Shown here: positions 20,564-31,234 of the stretch, piece by piece | Position numbering within the stretch: the stretch's first letter is position 1 | How the letters are laid out: each line of letters starts with the position of its first letter | Assembly: GCA_036918135.1 (NCBI GenBank) | Contig: JBALDB010000053.1 | Coordinates: 128,001-192,000, forward strand | Source: Nostoc sp. | GTDB taxonomy: Bacteria > Cyanobacteriota > Cyanobacteriia > Cyanobacteriales > Nostocaceae | Length of the DNA stretch: 64,000 bases | Reading direction: 5' to 3' | Made by a program: the position numbers and the translations under genes | The notes under the pieces: generated by a model | The model's database searches: none | Told to the model about the DNA's origin: nothing | The model's input: only the letters and a program-made list of their open reading frames with translations

Positions 20564-21364
20564 ATGCCTAACAATATCAAACAACAAATTCAAGCAGACT
20601 TGCAACAAGCTAAAGAAACCGGACAATTAAGAACTGAACGGATTCGAGAAATTGTTAAATCCGCAGTTTCTCAAGTTGGTTCTGAGTTCAAACAAGGTTC
20701 TACTGAAATTCGTACCCTTGTTAAAGATGCGGTTTCTGCTGTCATCGAAAACTTCCAAGAAAAAGGTGGGGAACTCAAAGATGAAGTGACAGCTTCCATC
20801 GAAGGAGCGTTGGAAGGAATTAATAGTAAAAGACACGAAAATATTGTTAAAACTCAGACTGATATCAAGCGGCTACAGGCTGAATTAGATGGTGAAGAAG
20901 AACAACTCCAGCAAGAAGTTGATGTAATTTTGGCAGAGATTGAAGAGACGGGTAAGGAAAAACCTGCTAGCACCAAAACTGCAATTGATTCTGCTGTCAA
21001 TGCCATTAAAGATAGCGAAGAAGTTAATTTATTAAAGAAACGTTACGCGCAACTGCAAGCACAGCTAGCCATTGTTCGAGCTAATATGGCTGCGCGCTAT
21101 GGCGGACGTTCTATGGAGGTTCAAGATTATCTAGACGAGGCTAAACATTGGTATAATAAAGCTCGTCCCCAAGCTGAATCTCTAGCTACACAGGTAGGAC
21201 AAAAGCGATCGCAGTTAGAAGACAAATTAGGTGAAGCTGGTACATCTTTAGCCAGAAAAGAGCATCAGATTAAACAAACCTTGAGGGAGTTACTGTTAAC
21301 CGCAGCTGATTTGTTCAAAGATAAGGAACCAGCTAATAAAGACCGGGAAACTATTCATAAATAG
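20564..21364 (+). CDS. hydrophilic coiled-coil hypothetical protein
   Basis: Long helical E/K/Q/A-rich ORF; ATG at 20564. Confidence 0.8.
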   Translation: MPNNIKQQIQADLQQAKETGQLRTERIREIVKSAVSQVGSEFKQGSTEIRTLVKDAVSAVIENFQEKGGELKDEVTASIEGALEGINSKRHENIVKTQTDIKRLQAELDGEEEQLQQEVDVILAEIEETGKEKPASTKTAIDSAVNAIKDSEEVNLLKKRYAQLQAQLAIVRANMAARYGGRSMEVQDYLDEAKHWYNKARPQAESLATQVGQKRSQLEDKLGEAGTSLARKEHQIKQTLRELLLTAADLFKDKEPANKDRETIHK

Positions 21365-21400
21365 GTAGCTTTACTATTTATCTATTAACTAATTTTTGCT

Positions 21401-21585
21401 AGGGTGCGTTATTTGGGATAACGCACCTCTTAATTTAAGTAATTGACCATTGCCTATTATATAAAATATATAGTTTCAAATAGATAGATGCTGGAAATTA
21501 TTAGATTTTTGACTTATATAACTTGTAATAGTTGTATTATTTATCAAATAAAAGGGTACGTTATAGCCTTAGCTTAACGCACCCT
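21401..21585. repeat. two related palindromes (GGGTGCGTTA...TAACGCACC) between convergent genes
   Basis: Copies at 21401-21428 and ~21552-21585; probably act as terminators. Confidence 0.6.
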
Positions 21586-21604
21586 ACTTGAAAATTTCCT
21601 TAAC

Positions 21605-21808
21605 TTAGTTTTGCGTATTAGTATATACTTGTTCTCGACTAAGTTGTTCATCATGCTTGGCAATAGCCCAGACTGCATGAATACTACCAGGAAGCCAACC
21701 AAGAAGTGTGAGCAAGATATTAATAATTAAAGTTGGGCCTACTCCAACTGTTAAAAAAACGCCTAAGGGAGGCACTAATAAACCTAGAAGATAACGAACT
21801 AATTTCAT
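21605..21808 (-). CDS. YqaE/Pmp3 family membrane protein
   Basis: PPLGV...INILLTLLGWLPGSIHAVW. Confidence 0.93.
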   Translation of the reverse strand: MKLVRYLLGLLVPPLGVFLTVGVGPTLIINILLTLLGWLPGSIHAVWAIAKHDEQLSREQVYTNTQN

Positions 21809-21955
21809 GATGTTGTTAGAAGTTTGTGATTTTGTTTAATTTAGATTGTCTGCAAGACACCGAATTAAGAAATCCATCTCATGATTTATCTAAATTCGGA
21901 GATTTGATTTAGAGTAGACACGAAAATATATGAGCGTTTCTACTCCCACTCATAC

Positions 21956-22354
21956 TTATCTAGAAGGTAATTCACCTTGGCTTTTTACATTACCACTGCC
22001 GGTTAAAAGGTTTCTTTCAACAAAGTAGTTGTTAATCAAGGTGTTAGCAAAAGATAGAATTACTGGACCAAGAATAAAACCGATAAGTCCATGAACTGAG
22101 AATCCAGGAACTAGCGCCGCTGCTAACCAAAAACAAAAACCGTTGACAATCAGGGAAAATGCTCCAAATGTTAAAAAATTGAGTGGGAGTGAAAGAGTAG
22201 AAAGAATCGGCTTAAGTGAACCGTTAATCAAACCAATTACAAAAGCAGCAATTAAAGCTGCGGGAAAATTAGCAATATCAACATTTGGAACAACTATATC
22301 AACAATTAACAAGCTTAAAGCTGTAGCTAATGCAGTTAAAAATGGTGTCAACAT
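21956..22354 (-). CDS. 4-TM phage-holin-like (YvlD) family membrane protein
   Basis: GLIN..LKPIL..LSLPLNFLTFGAFSLIVN. Confidence 0.88.
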   Translation of the reverse strand: MLTPFLTALATALSLLIVDIVVPNVDIANFPAALIAAFVIGLINGSLKPILSTLSLPLNFLTFGAFSLIVNGFCFWLAAALVPGFSVHGLIGFILGPVILSFANTLINNYFVERNLLTGSGNVKSQGELPSR

Positions 22355-22615
22355 TGTTTTTACCTAATAAAGATTTTTTGTTTCAACTTCTTCTTTCATC
22401 TTTAACTAGGTGCTAGATTTTAACCTCTCTTGAAAGGTAGAATCTACTTCTATCGTTAGGTCGAGCATAAAAAAACTATAGCGGTTCTTATATATGTAAC
22501 AGGTAGTAAAGTACAGCTGCTGTGCTTTACTACTTTGGATAATGTTTTTCGAGTCAGGTTAGTTTGTTTAAGCAACGAAAAAATTTAAGAATTCTTTAAT
22601 ATCACAAGCTAACAA

Positions 22616-22957
22616 TCACTCAGATTTTCCTGACTCAGGGTGATAATAAAGGGCTGATTTATATAAGACTTGTTCTTGATGAGTTTCTAAAGTGCAATCT
22701 GACAACGGATAAGTTACACAAGTAACAACATAACCAGCCTCTATTTCACTTGGACGCAAAAATTTTTGCTCGCTTTGGTCGATTTCACCGCTAACAAGTT
22801 TGGCGATACAAACAGAACATTCGCCTTGTTTGCACCCAGATGGTAGGCGGATACGAGCATCTTCTGCCATATCGAGAATATATTGATCGTCTGGTACTTG
22901 AATTATAGAATCTAATCCCAAATTAACATTAATGAGTCGGACTTGATAAATTGCCAT
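22616..22957 (-). CDS. plant-type 2Fe-2S ferredoxin
   Basis: CKQGECSVC...TC motif, YILDMAE. Confidence 0.92.
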   Translation of the reverse strand: MAIYQVRLINVNLGLDSIIQVPDDQYILDMAEDARIRLPSGCKQGECSVCIAKLVSGEIDQSEQKFLRPSEIEAGYVVTCVTYPLSDCTLETHQEQVLYKSALYYHPESGKSE

Positions 22958-22970
22958 CTGCTGTTTCTAA

Positions 22971-25130
22971 TTACTGCTTAACTGCTTTCATTGACAAACT
23001 AATTCGTTTGAGTTTCTCGTTGACTTCTATTACCCGGACTTTGACTACTTGTCCTACCTTCACAATTTTCTTGGGATCGTCTACGAATCTATCAGCAAGT
23101 TGGGAAATATGCACCAAACCATCTTGATGTACGCCGATATCAACAAATGCACCGAAGTTGGCGACATTGGTGATGATTCCCTCTAGTTCCATTCCTTCCT
23201 TTAAATCGGTAATTTCTTTAATTCCTTCTTTAAAGGTGGCGTACTTAAACTCAGCACGGGGATCTCTACCTGGTTTTTCTAGTTCGCTGAGGATGTCGCG
23301 TAGTGTCGGTTCGCCGACGGTATCGGTTAGATATTTCTTCAAGTTGGTTTTTTTGAGTTTTTCGGCAATTTGTGTCACCTGATTTAATGGCACATTTAAA
23401 TCAGATGCGATCGCTTCAACTACAGAATAACTCTCTGGATGCACTGCTGTATTATCTAATGGGTTGTCACCACCGCGAATTCGCAGAAAACCGGCTGCTT
23501 GTTCAAAGGCTTTTGGCCCCAATTTCGCAACTTTCAACAGTTGGCGGCGATTTTTAAAGGCTCCGTGCTGGTTGCGATGGGTGACAATATTATTGGCAAC
23601 TGTTGGGGTAACTCCAGAAACAGAAGTCAGAAGTTCTTTAGAGGCGGTGTTTAAGTCTACGCCGACGTAGTTAACGCAGCTTTCTACGGTTTCCTCCAAT
23701 TTCTTTTTCAACAACTTCTGGTCGACATCGTGCTGGTATTGTCCCACGCCAATGGATTTGGGATCGATTTTCACCAGTTCCGCTAAGGGATCTTGCAAAC
23801 GACGCCCGATACTAATTGCGCCACGCACTGTAACATCTAAATCGGGAAATTCTTCGAGCGCCACTTTACTTGCAGAATATATAGATGCACCAGACTCATT
23901 CACTATCACCTTAACTGGTTTGGGTTCTATATTTTGTAAGATTTGTGAGACAAACTCCTCTGTCTCGCGGGACGCTGTACCGTTACCAATGGCAATTAAC
24001 TCAATTTTGTACTTTTCAATCAGATTTTTAATAATTTGTGCAGCTTTGAGTCTTTGTTCGGCGGCTTGGTGAGGGAATACCGCCTGGTATTCCAAAAATT
24101 TTCCTGTTTGGTCGAGGACAGCAACTTTACACCCAGTTCTAAATCCAGGGTCTATGGCTAGAGTTGGTTTCATTCCTGCGGGTGCAGACAACAGTAACTC
24201 CCGCAGATTTGCTTCAAATGTCTTGATTGATTCTACGTCTGCATAATCCTTTTTCTCAGAAATCACCTCCCCCATAAGAGAGATTTTCATTAAACGGGCG
24301 AATGCATCCTTGAGCATCGATTGATAAAAATCCCGAATTGTTCGGACTTTGGTTTTAATTTCTTGGGACTCAAGATAATAAAGTACCGTATCCTCATCGA
24401 AAGCAATTTCAAAGCTCAATACTTTCTCAGTTTCACCCCGACACAACGCCAGCATATTGTGGGGTGCAATATTTTTTACTTTAATTTGATAGTCACGGTA
24501 CATTTCAAATTTGGTTGTACCTTCGGGATAATCATCTTTAATGCGAGAGACGAATACCCCTTCTTGTAAAAGATAATCGCGGATATATGCCCGTAAATCA
24601 GCTTTTTCGGCTATCTCTTCCGCTAAGATGTCAGCAGCACCTTTGAGCGCTTCTTGTACTGTTTTTACTCCCTTGGTTTCTGAAATATATTTAGCCGCAG
24701 CTTCTTCTAATGAAGCTGTTACAGCATTTTTGACATTTAGTGACTTGATGAACTCCGCTAGGGGTTCGAGTCCTTTTTCTCTAGCGAGAGTAGCGCGGGT
24801 GCGTCGCTTTGGTCGATACGGTAAGTACAGATCTTCAAGTTCGGTTTTTTGTAAACAGGATGCGATTTTCGCTTTGAGTTCATCCGTGAGTTTACCTTGT
24901 TCGGCGATCGCATTTAAAATGACAGACTTACGTTCTTCCAGTTCTGTTAAATAAGTATATCTATCAGCCAGATTGCGAAGTTGCACTTCATTCATCTCAT
25001 CAGTGCGCTCTTTACGGTAACGTGCAATAAACGGAATCGTTGCACCCTCGGCCAAAAGTTCTAGCGCATTTTGCACCTGATGGGATTTAAGGTTTAATTC
25101 AGTTGCTAGTAATTCACGAATGTTCAGCAT
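22971..25130 (-). CDS. tex: Tex family RNA-binding transcriptional accessory protein
   Basis: IPFIARYRKE, DPGFRTGCK, IGVGQYQHDV, C-terminal S1 domain. Confidence 0.96.
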   Translation of the reverse strand: MLNIRELLATELNLKSHQVQNALELLAEGATIPFIARYRKERTDEMNEVQLRNLADRYTYLTELEERKSVILNAIAEQGKLTDELKAKIASCLQKTELEDLYLPYRPKRRTRATLAREKGLEPLAEFIKSLNVKNAVTASLEEAAAKYISETKGVKTVQEALKGAADILAEEIAEKADLRAYIRDYLLQEGVFVSRIKDDYPEGTTKFEMYRDYQIKVKNIAPHNMLALCRGETEKVLSFEIAFDEDTVLYYLESQEIKTKVRTIRDFYQSMLKDAFARLMKISLMGEVISEKKDYADVESIKTFEANLRELLLSAPAGMKPTLAIDPGFRTGCKVAVLDQTGKFLEYQAVFPHQAAEQRLKAAQIIKNLIEKYKIELIAIGNGTASRETEEFVSQILQNIEPKPVKVIVNESGASIYSASKVALEEFPDLDVTVRGAISIGRRLQDPLAELVKIDPKSIGVGQYQHDVDQKLLKKKLEETVESCVNYVGVDLNTASKELLTSVSGVTPTVANNIVTHRNQHGAFKNRRQLLKVAKLGPKAFEQAAGFLRIRGGDNPLDNTAVHPESYSVVEAIASDLNVPLNQVTQIAEKLKKTNLKKYLTDTVGEPTLRDILSELEKPGRDPRAEFKYATFKEGIKEITDLKEGMELEGIITNVANFGAFVDIGVHQDGLVHISQLADRFVDDPKKIVKVGQVVKVRVIEVNEKLKRISLSMKAVKQ

Positions 25131-25486
25131 CGAGTCTTTCAGGTGAAAATCCTACTCTTAAAGGTAATATGCTAAATCGTTTTCTTGAGGTCAACCCAAA
25201 GTTTTAAGCTAATTTATCAGATAATTGCTCGCCCCAGTAAAATTTCGCCGTTATGCTTCATCTCCCTTATCTCCTTTACCACCATACCAACTGGCGTGCG
25301 ACATTTTGTCATCCAGTCACGGTCAAGGTGTCAAATACAAGACTATCTAATCTTAATTTTCTATAAGATTTATATCGATGGACTATTGTAGCTAAAACCT
25401 TCTTAGATGTAAAATTAACCACAATTCCAAAAAGCACTTCAATCTCTTTATAAATACCGCAACTTTTAATCTATAGGTAATTGACA

Positions 25487-25741
25487 ATGGCTTTGTTTTT
25501 CTTGATACCACTGTGTACTGCTTTAGCTACTGGCTACTTTTTTAAAAAGAGTAGTGATGAAGTTGCATATCTTGCAGGTGTATTTGCAGCTGTTAGCCTG
25601 ATTTTAAGTTTAGTATTAGCACCCTGGCAGATTCAGTTTGGATTGTTGATCGTTGTCTTTATTATTACTAACAAACTTTTGCAAGAAAATGACTCTAAAC
25701 AAACTCAATTTACAGCAAAAGCACCCAGAGAAACTAAATGA
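25487..25741 (+). CDS. small membrane hypothetical protein
   Basis: AGGT RBS; hydrophobic helices; LSLVLAPWQIQ. Confidence 0.75.
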   Translation: MALFFLIPLCTALATGYFFKKSSDEVAYLAGVFAAVSLILSLVLAPWQIQFGLLIVVFIITNKLLQENDSKQTQFTAKAPRETK

Positions 25742-26486
25742 TTTCAACCACTAAGAATTAAATTTTTTCAACTTTAAACTATTGGGGATTATCAGACAGA
25801 TAATCCAAGAATGCCCTCACCAATAGCTTTTTTGCCTGTAAGTACGGCCATAATTGCTTTGAACTCATTTTTTAAATATAAAATTTCGTAACAAGATAGT
25901 TCGCTCTTATTCTTCAAGACATAACCTGATGATAGGTATTGTCCGCCTTTACCATGTGTAAAGCACACTAACTTTTTAAACTGTACTTACAATAAACCCC
26001 AGGATCGAATCACGTTTGACAATCAAATCTGAGAGACGATTTTATCGTTGACTTTGTATCTGAAGTAACTGTCAACTAAGTTTCATCTGAGATATCTAAA
26101 TCGTGAAATTGTTACGCTGAGAGAAAAAACGAGAATTGGAATCGTTTTTTCTCTGTATTTTTATTTGTAAAAAGGTATATTTTGTACTAATAATTAGTAA
26201 TTGTTTAGTCTGTTGTTGAAGTTTAAATTCTATTTGAGCAAAGCAAACTCTAAGCTTAACAATTTGTTTATACTCTAAAGCTAAACTCTTATCTTCTGCA
26301 AATATTAGTATCGAGAAGGACTGTTATTTGATTGCCTAAAAAAACTAGCCCTCAGCTTGAAAAGGCTGATTCCCTATTTGCTAACACCACTTGACGGTAG
26401 TTGCTCATGGGGGGAACACCCAAGACCGACGAAGTCGCTCCTCCCTACGGGAGCAAATAAGTTCAAAAATTAAAGCGGATTACTAT

Positions 26487-26671
26487 ATGAAGTTTTTGTT
26501 TAGAGAGATTTTAAGAAGATAAATTTTTGATGTTGAATTGCTGTTTTTAAAAGTCTAACATTCAACACTTAAAAATATATAAATATTCATGAAGAAAAAT
26601 TTCTCTAAAAGATACTGTCTATTTTATGAAGTTTTTGTTTAAGTATATTTTTGGCAAGTAAATTTTTGATG
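26487..26671. repeat. imperfect direct repeat pair in long intergenic region
   Basis: ATGAAGTTTTTGTTTA..ATTTT..AAATTTTTGATG at ~26487 and ~26626. Confidence 0.65.
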
Positions 26672-27697
26672 AAGCGTGACGATAAATTTGCAACATGCTT
26701 TTATCGTGGTATTCTAGTAAGTAATTAAATGTAGCAATAAATGAGGAGAAACAACTTTATTTAAAACTACATGTAGTCAATAAAAATCAACAAAAATTAA
26801 CCAGACATAATACTGATAATGTAAAAACACTCAAATCCAATTCAATTGCTGTTAACTTCAACGATCTCAACCGACCCAGTTTAAATTAACGGTTACTCTC
26901 ATCAAAGACTAATTTGGACATTGAGTAAAGTTTCCATAAACCTGTAAAGTAATTCATTTATCTCAAGACTCTCCTTCAGAGTCAGGGAGATTTTCCTAAC
27001 TGTTGTGTTCCCATGTCCAAAAAGAGCAATTATATAAATTAAGTGACATAGTTTCCAGGTATCACTATGATTACGAAGATGGTTTATATAAACCAGTAAA
27101 TTAAGAAACTTTCCTATAGCAAATTCAGGAAAATTATTAATTTAGGTAAGTTTTGATATATGAGTTAATGGCTTGATAAATTCAGTAGTCTGTTCAACAA
27201 GATTTCTATAACAGGATACATACGACTGATGAAACTTCATGAATGGATTAATAAAAAACTTTGGCAATCCATTTTTACTCGCTTAAATGTTAAGAATGAG
27301 TATTCTTTAAAAATTCAGCGATCGCCTACTGGTAAACTTTATCTAGGGCTAATTTATAGCAAAGCTCTCAACTGCTATAGACGATCGTATGTGACCTTTA
27401 TTTAGATATTAGTTATAAATTATAACTTAGGTGGCAGCAAAAATATCAGACACCGCTAACATACAGTAACTATCTATTTGTAAGGCGTATAGTATTTAGT
27501 TATTAACTTTAGGACATGAGCTTCCATGGTAATTTTGAGCTCAGTCCCTTCAAACTAACCTTCTTAGATTATGTTGTCTATTTACTGAAGTGGGAGGTCA
27601 AATTTTTGAAGAGGTGTGACCGAAATTCAAAGCGTTTAAAACGACAGGTTGTCACTGTCTGGTTTTTACCTACTATTTCCATTGAGGTAAATGTATT

Positions 27698-28084
27698 ATG
27701 AAATCTATATCACAAATCTCACGCTTTCAAATAACTTCTTATATCATCTTACTTATCAGTATTTTATTTAGTATTTCTGGACAATTGCTGATGAAGCATA
27801 CCATGAGTAATAGCAGTCACGAAGGACTATTTACTTGGGAATTTCTTCAACAATTGACCTTATCTGTGAGTGTTTATTGTTTAGGGATAGTAACTTGGAT
27901 ATTGGCTCTGCGAAATGTTAAATTGAGTATTGCTTATCCAGTAACTAGTTTAAACTATGTCGGAATACTCTTCGGTTCATATTATTTTTTTAATGAAGTG
28001 ATTACACTAACTAGAATATTAGGAGTATTGACGATTTTTGTTGGTGTTCTTTTAGTAGTTATTCCTCAGAAGAATTCTCATTAA
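27698..28084 (+). CDS. SMR/EamA-like transporter subunit (ArnE/ArnF-like)
   Basis: 4 TM; GQLLMK, W..AL..V.LSIAYP..SL, FNE. Confidence 0.85.
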   Translation: MKSISQISRFQITSYIILLISILFSISGQLLMKHTMSNSSHEGLFTWEFLQQLTLSVSVYCLGIVTWILALRNVKLSIAYPVTSLNYVGILFGSYYFFNEVITLTRILGVLTIFVGVLLVVIPQKNSH

Positions 28085-28115
28085 TTTATAGTTAATTACA
28101 GAAGAAAATATTACG

Positions 28116-28487
28116 ATGAACATCATTAATTGGTTAAATTTAATGTTTGTAGTTTTGTTTGGAACAGTAGCTAACTTATCACTAAAGTATGGACTTTACG
28201 TTTCTAATCCTGACATTTCTAATCCTGCCAAACAAGCAAGTCCATCCATCCGCAATCTCATATTCTCTCGTTATTTTGTAATCTGGTTTATCTGTTATGC
28301 TTTTATGACTTTATTATGGCTGTATGTATTGCGGACAGTTCCTTTAAGTAAAGCATTTCCAGTTTTGGGATTAATGTATGCACTTATACCGATTGCCTCT
28401 CACCATCTTCTGAAAGAGAAGGTTGTATTTAGCCAGTGGTTAGGAATTTCAATTATCATCACTGGTGTAATTCTTGTTGTACACTAA
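28116..28487 (+). CDS. SMR/EamA-like transporter subunit (ArnE/ArnF-like)
   Basis: 4 TM; WLYVLRTVPLSKAFP, LKEKV...QWLG. Confidence 0.85.
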   Translation: MNIINWLNLMFVVLFGTVANLSLKYGLYVSNPDISNPAKQASPSIRNLIFSRYFVIWFICYAFMTLLWLYVLRTVPLSKAFPVLGLMYALIPIASHHLLKEKVVFSQWLGISIIITGVILVVH

Positions 28488-28564
28488 CAGCTCAATCGGC
28501 TATGAATGTACAACAAAGTCATAAGAGAAACTTTGAACAACATTCCTATAAAAATCTAAAGTTT

Positions 28565-29869
28565 ATGAAAATTGGCATCATTGGCGGAGGAATAACTGGG
28601 CTAGTATTAGCCCAACGTCTTTCACACCAAGGACATATAGTAACTGTTTTTGATAACAACAACCAGCTTGGTGGACTCACTACCTATCACGATTACGGCT
28701 TATTTACCTGGGATCGCTTTTATCACGTTATCCTACCTTCTGATACTCATTTAATAAATTTTATTAGAGATATTGGGCTTGGAGATCGACTACGTTGGCA
28801 TCGTAGTTTAACAGGGTTTTATGACAATAAAAAATTTTATTCTATCAGTAACGCTGTAGAATTTCTGCGCTTTCCTCTCTTTGGACTGAGTGGTAAAATT
28901 AGATTAGCTTTTACTCTTTTATATGGTTCGCGCGTTAAAAATTGGCAACGTTTAGAAAAAATTTTAGTCGAAAATTGGTTATTAAAACTTGGTGGGAGAA
29001 ACACATACGAAAAGCTTTGGAAACCCTTACTTCTATCAAAATTAGGAGATAACTATAAGCGAATCTCAGCTGTCTTTATTTGGGCTTATATTAGAAGACT
29101 ATTTTCAGCTCGGGATTCTTCATTAAGTAAAGAACAACTTGGTTATGTCTCTGGCGGTTACAAGACTGTAATAGACCGTTTAGAACAATTAATTAACGCA
29201 GCTGGAGGTCATATTCGCACGAGTACTGCGGTAGAATATATCGCACCTGCTCAAGAGGGTGGAATTTGGGTAGAATCTCAAGGGAAAAAGGAACATTTTG
29301 ATAAAGTCATTTTTACTGGTCCAGTTAATATCCTCCAACAGGTTGTTGCAAATGGACTAGTGAAAATTTCTCCGACTCGGGAAACAGTAGAGTACCTGGG
29401 TGTCATTTGCATGGTACTTATTACTCGCAAGGCTTTAATTCCTTATTACGTAGTAAATATTGCCGATAGAAATATTCCCTTTACCGGAGTTATCGGGATG
29501 AGCAACCTAGTTTCTTTGCAAGAAACGGCAGGGTATCACATGACATTTTTACCAAAATATATACTTTCCACTGACCCGTTGTTAAAACAGCCAGATAGCG
29601 AATTGCGCCAACAATTTTTTCAAGCTATACGTTTGATGTTCCCAGAACTAAAACAAGATGACATTGTAGCAGCACACATTAATCGAGCTATGAAAGTTCA
29701 GCCACTACAAGTTTTAGACTATTCAAGTCTTGTTCCCCAAGTGAGTACTGAAAACCCTGACTTTTTCGTTGTTAATACCTCACAGTTCGTGAATGATAGC
29801 GTCAATAACAACGCAGTTGTCAGACACGTCGATGAATTTATCAAGAAATCAACATTACTGAATTCTTGA
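28565..29869 (+). CDS. FAD-dependent oxidoreductase (protoporphyrinogen oxidase/UDP-galactopyranose mutase superfamily)
   Basis: MKIGIIGGGITGL, LGGL, WDRFYHVI, LGY..GG; alternative ATG at 28502. Confidence 0.85.
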   Translation: MKIGIIGGGITGLVLAQRLSHQGHIVTVFDNNNQLGGLTTYHDYGLFTWDRFYHVILPSDTHLINFIRDIGLGDRLRWHRSLTGFYDNKKFYSISNAVEFLRFPLFGLSGKIRLAFTLLYGSRVKNWQRLEKILVENWLLKLGGRNTYEKLWKPLLLSKLGDNYKRISAVFIWAYIRRLFSARDSSLSKEQLGYVSGGYKTVIDRLEQLINAAGGHIRTSTAVEYIAPAQEGGIWVESQGKKEHFDKVIFTGPVNILQQVVANGLVKISPTRETVEYLGVICMVLITRKALIPYYVVNIADRNIPFTGVIGMSNLVSLQETAGYHMTFLPKYILSTDPLLKQPDSELRQQFFQAIRLMFPELKQDDIVAAHINRAMKVQPLQVLDYSSLVPQVSTENPDFFVVNTSQFVNDSVNNNAVVRHVDEFIKKSTLLNS

Positions 29870-29911
29870 AATTCGAGTAGTGGTATTTTGCAAATTAAAC
29901 GAGGCATCAAT

Positions 29912-30736
29912 ATGAGTCTTTTTGTTCTTTTACCTGCATACAACGAGTCAGAATCAATTCGCCCGTTGTTCCAAAGATTTCAGGCATTGCAGCAAATCTC
30001 TAAGATGGATATTCAACTGATTTTGGTTGATGATGGCAGTAGCGATCGCACTGCTGAGACAGCGATAGAAGAATCTCAAACGCTGGGTATATCACTGAGA
30101 TTAGTACAACATGCTAAAAATGCTGGTTTAGGTCAAGCAATTAAAACAGGCTTCACAACTTTCTTAGACATTTCTCAAGAAGGGGATTTTTTAGCCGCAA
30201 TGGATTGCGATGATACTCAACCACCAGAACTATTAATCAAAATGTATGAAACAGTGATAGCTGGTGGTTATGATATTGCGATCGCATCTAGATATCGCAA
30301 AGGCTCTAAAGTTATCGGCTTATCAAAATTTAGAGAAATGATGAGCTACGGAGCCAGTTGGCTATTTAGAATTGCAGCACGCATACCAGGTGTTAGAGAT
30401 TACACTTGTGGTTACAGGCTGTATAACCGTACTTTCCTTAGTAAGCTCGATATGTACTATGGAGAGAATTTATTCACCGAAAGTGGATTTGCTTGCATGA
30501 TAGATTTACTGCTGAAAGCTAAAGTATTCAAACCCAGAATCGTAGAAGTTCCAATGGTTTTGAGATACGATCAAAAGCCGACTGCCAGCAAAATGAAAAT
30601 TCTCAAAACTATTGTTCGGACGCTGAAGCTTTTATTGAAGAATCTATCATCAATAAGACCAACTCCCAATTTAGAGCAAACCTTTGACAGTCGAGAAACA
30701 GCAAGAATTCCTTTGAAAATTGCAAATCGTAAATAA
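29912..30736 (+). CDS. GT2 polyprenol-phosphate glycosyltransferase (DPM1/ArnC-like)
   Basis: PAYNE, VDDGSSD, MDCD, ASRY, DYTCGYRLY. Confidence 0.92.
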   Translation: MSLFVLLPAYNESESIRPLFQRFQALQQISKMDIQLILVDDGSSDRTAETAIEESQTLGISLRLVQHAKNAGLGQAIKTGFTTFLDISQEGDFLAAMDCDDTQPPELLIKMYETVIAGGYDIAIASRYRKGSKVIGLSKFREMMSYGASWLFRIAARIPGVRDYTCGYRLYNRTFLSKLDMYYGENLFTESGFACMIDLLLKAKVFKPRIVEVPMVLRYDQKPTASKMKILKTIVRTLKLLLKNLSSIRPTPNLEQTFDSRETARIPLKIANRK

Positions 30737-31234
30737 ACCTGACAAGGAGAGTCTGGAGCAAATTAACCCCATCAGCAAACAAAATTACATATTTTGTAGG
30801 AGTTATAATAATTCCTAATTCGCAATTATCAACTCATACCTGTTAGCATTTTGTAGCTGTTTTGGTTAACAAAAGTGCAACCTAAATACATATAAGTACA
30901 TTTCATTTATTTGAACCACAATCTTTTCTAGGGGCGTACACTTGTACGCCCCTTCATGGTTTAGTTACTCCAAAATTAGACTTCTTGCAGAAGTTTTGAA
31001 AAATCTAGGTGTAGGTTGGGTTAAGGAATGTAGCTTGCTTCCCGCTAGGGTAATCCATCACCAAAAATCCTCGATTTTGTTCGGTTTTACTATCTCTAAA
31101 ACGCCACTTGCTTCTCCTGTCGGAGACGCTACGCGAACAATTCGGGAAACCTGCCCAACGCAGTGGCTCCCCAACCTACCAATATTTTTATTTTTTCAGA
31201 GTAATAAAAGAGCGGTAAACATTAGCTTTATTTA

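Noticed and set aside
21956..22354. Prophage inferred from holin-like genes here and at 43811
   Set aside because: YvlD-type membrane proteins are common chromosomal genes, and no phage genes are nearby.
23158..24954. Several antisense ORFs within tex (and similar ones within other genes)
   Set aside because: Shadow frames of well-supported opposite-strand genes.
27516..27701. 61-aa ORF overlapping the first SMR gene start
   Set aside because: No motif or compositional support; likely part of the leader region.
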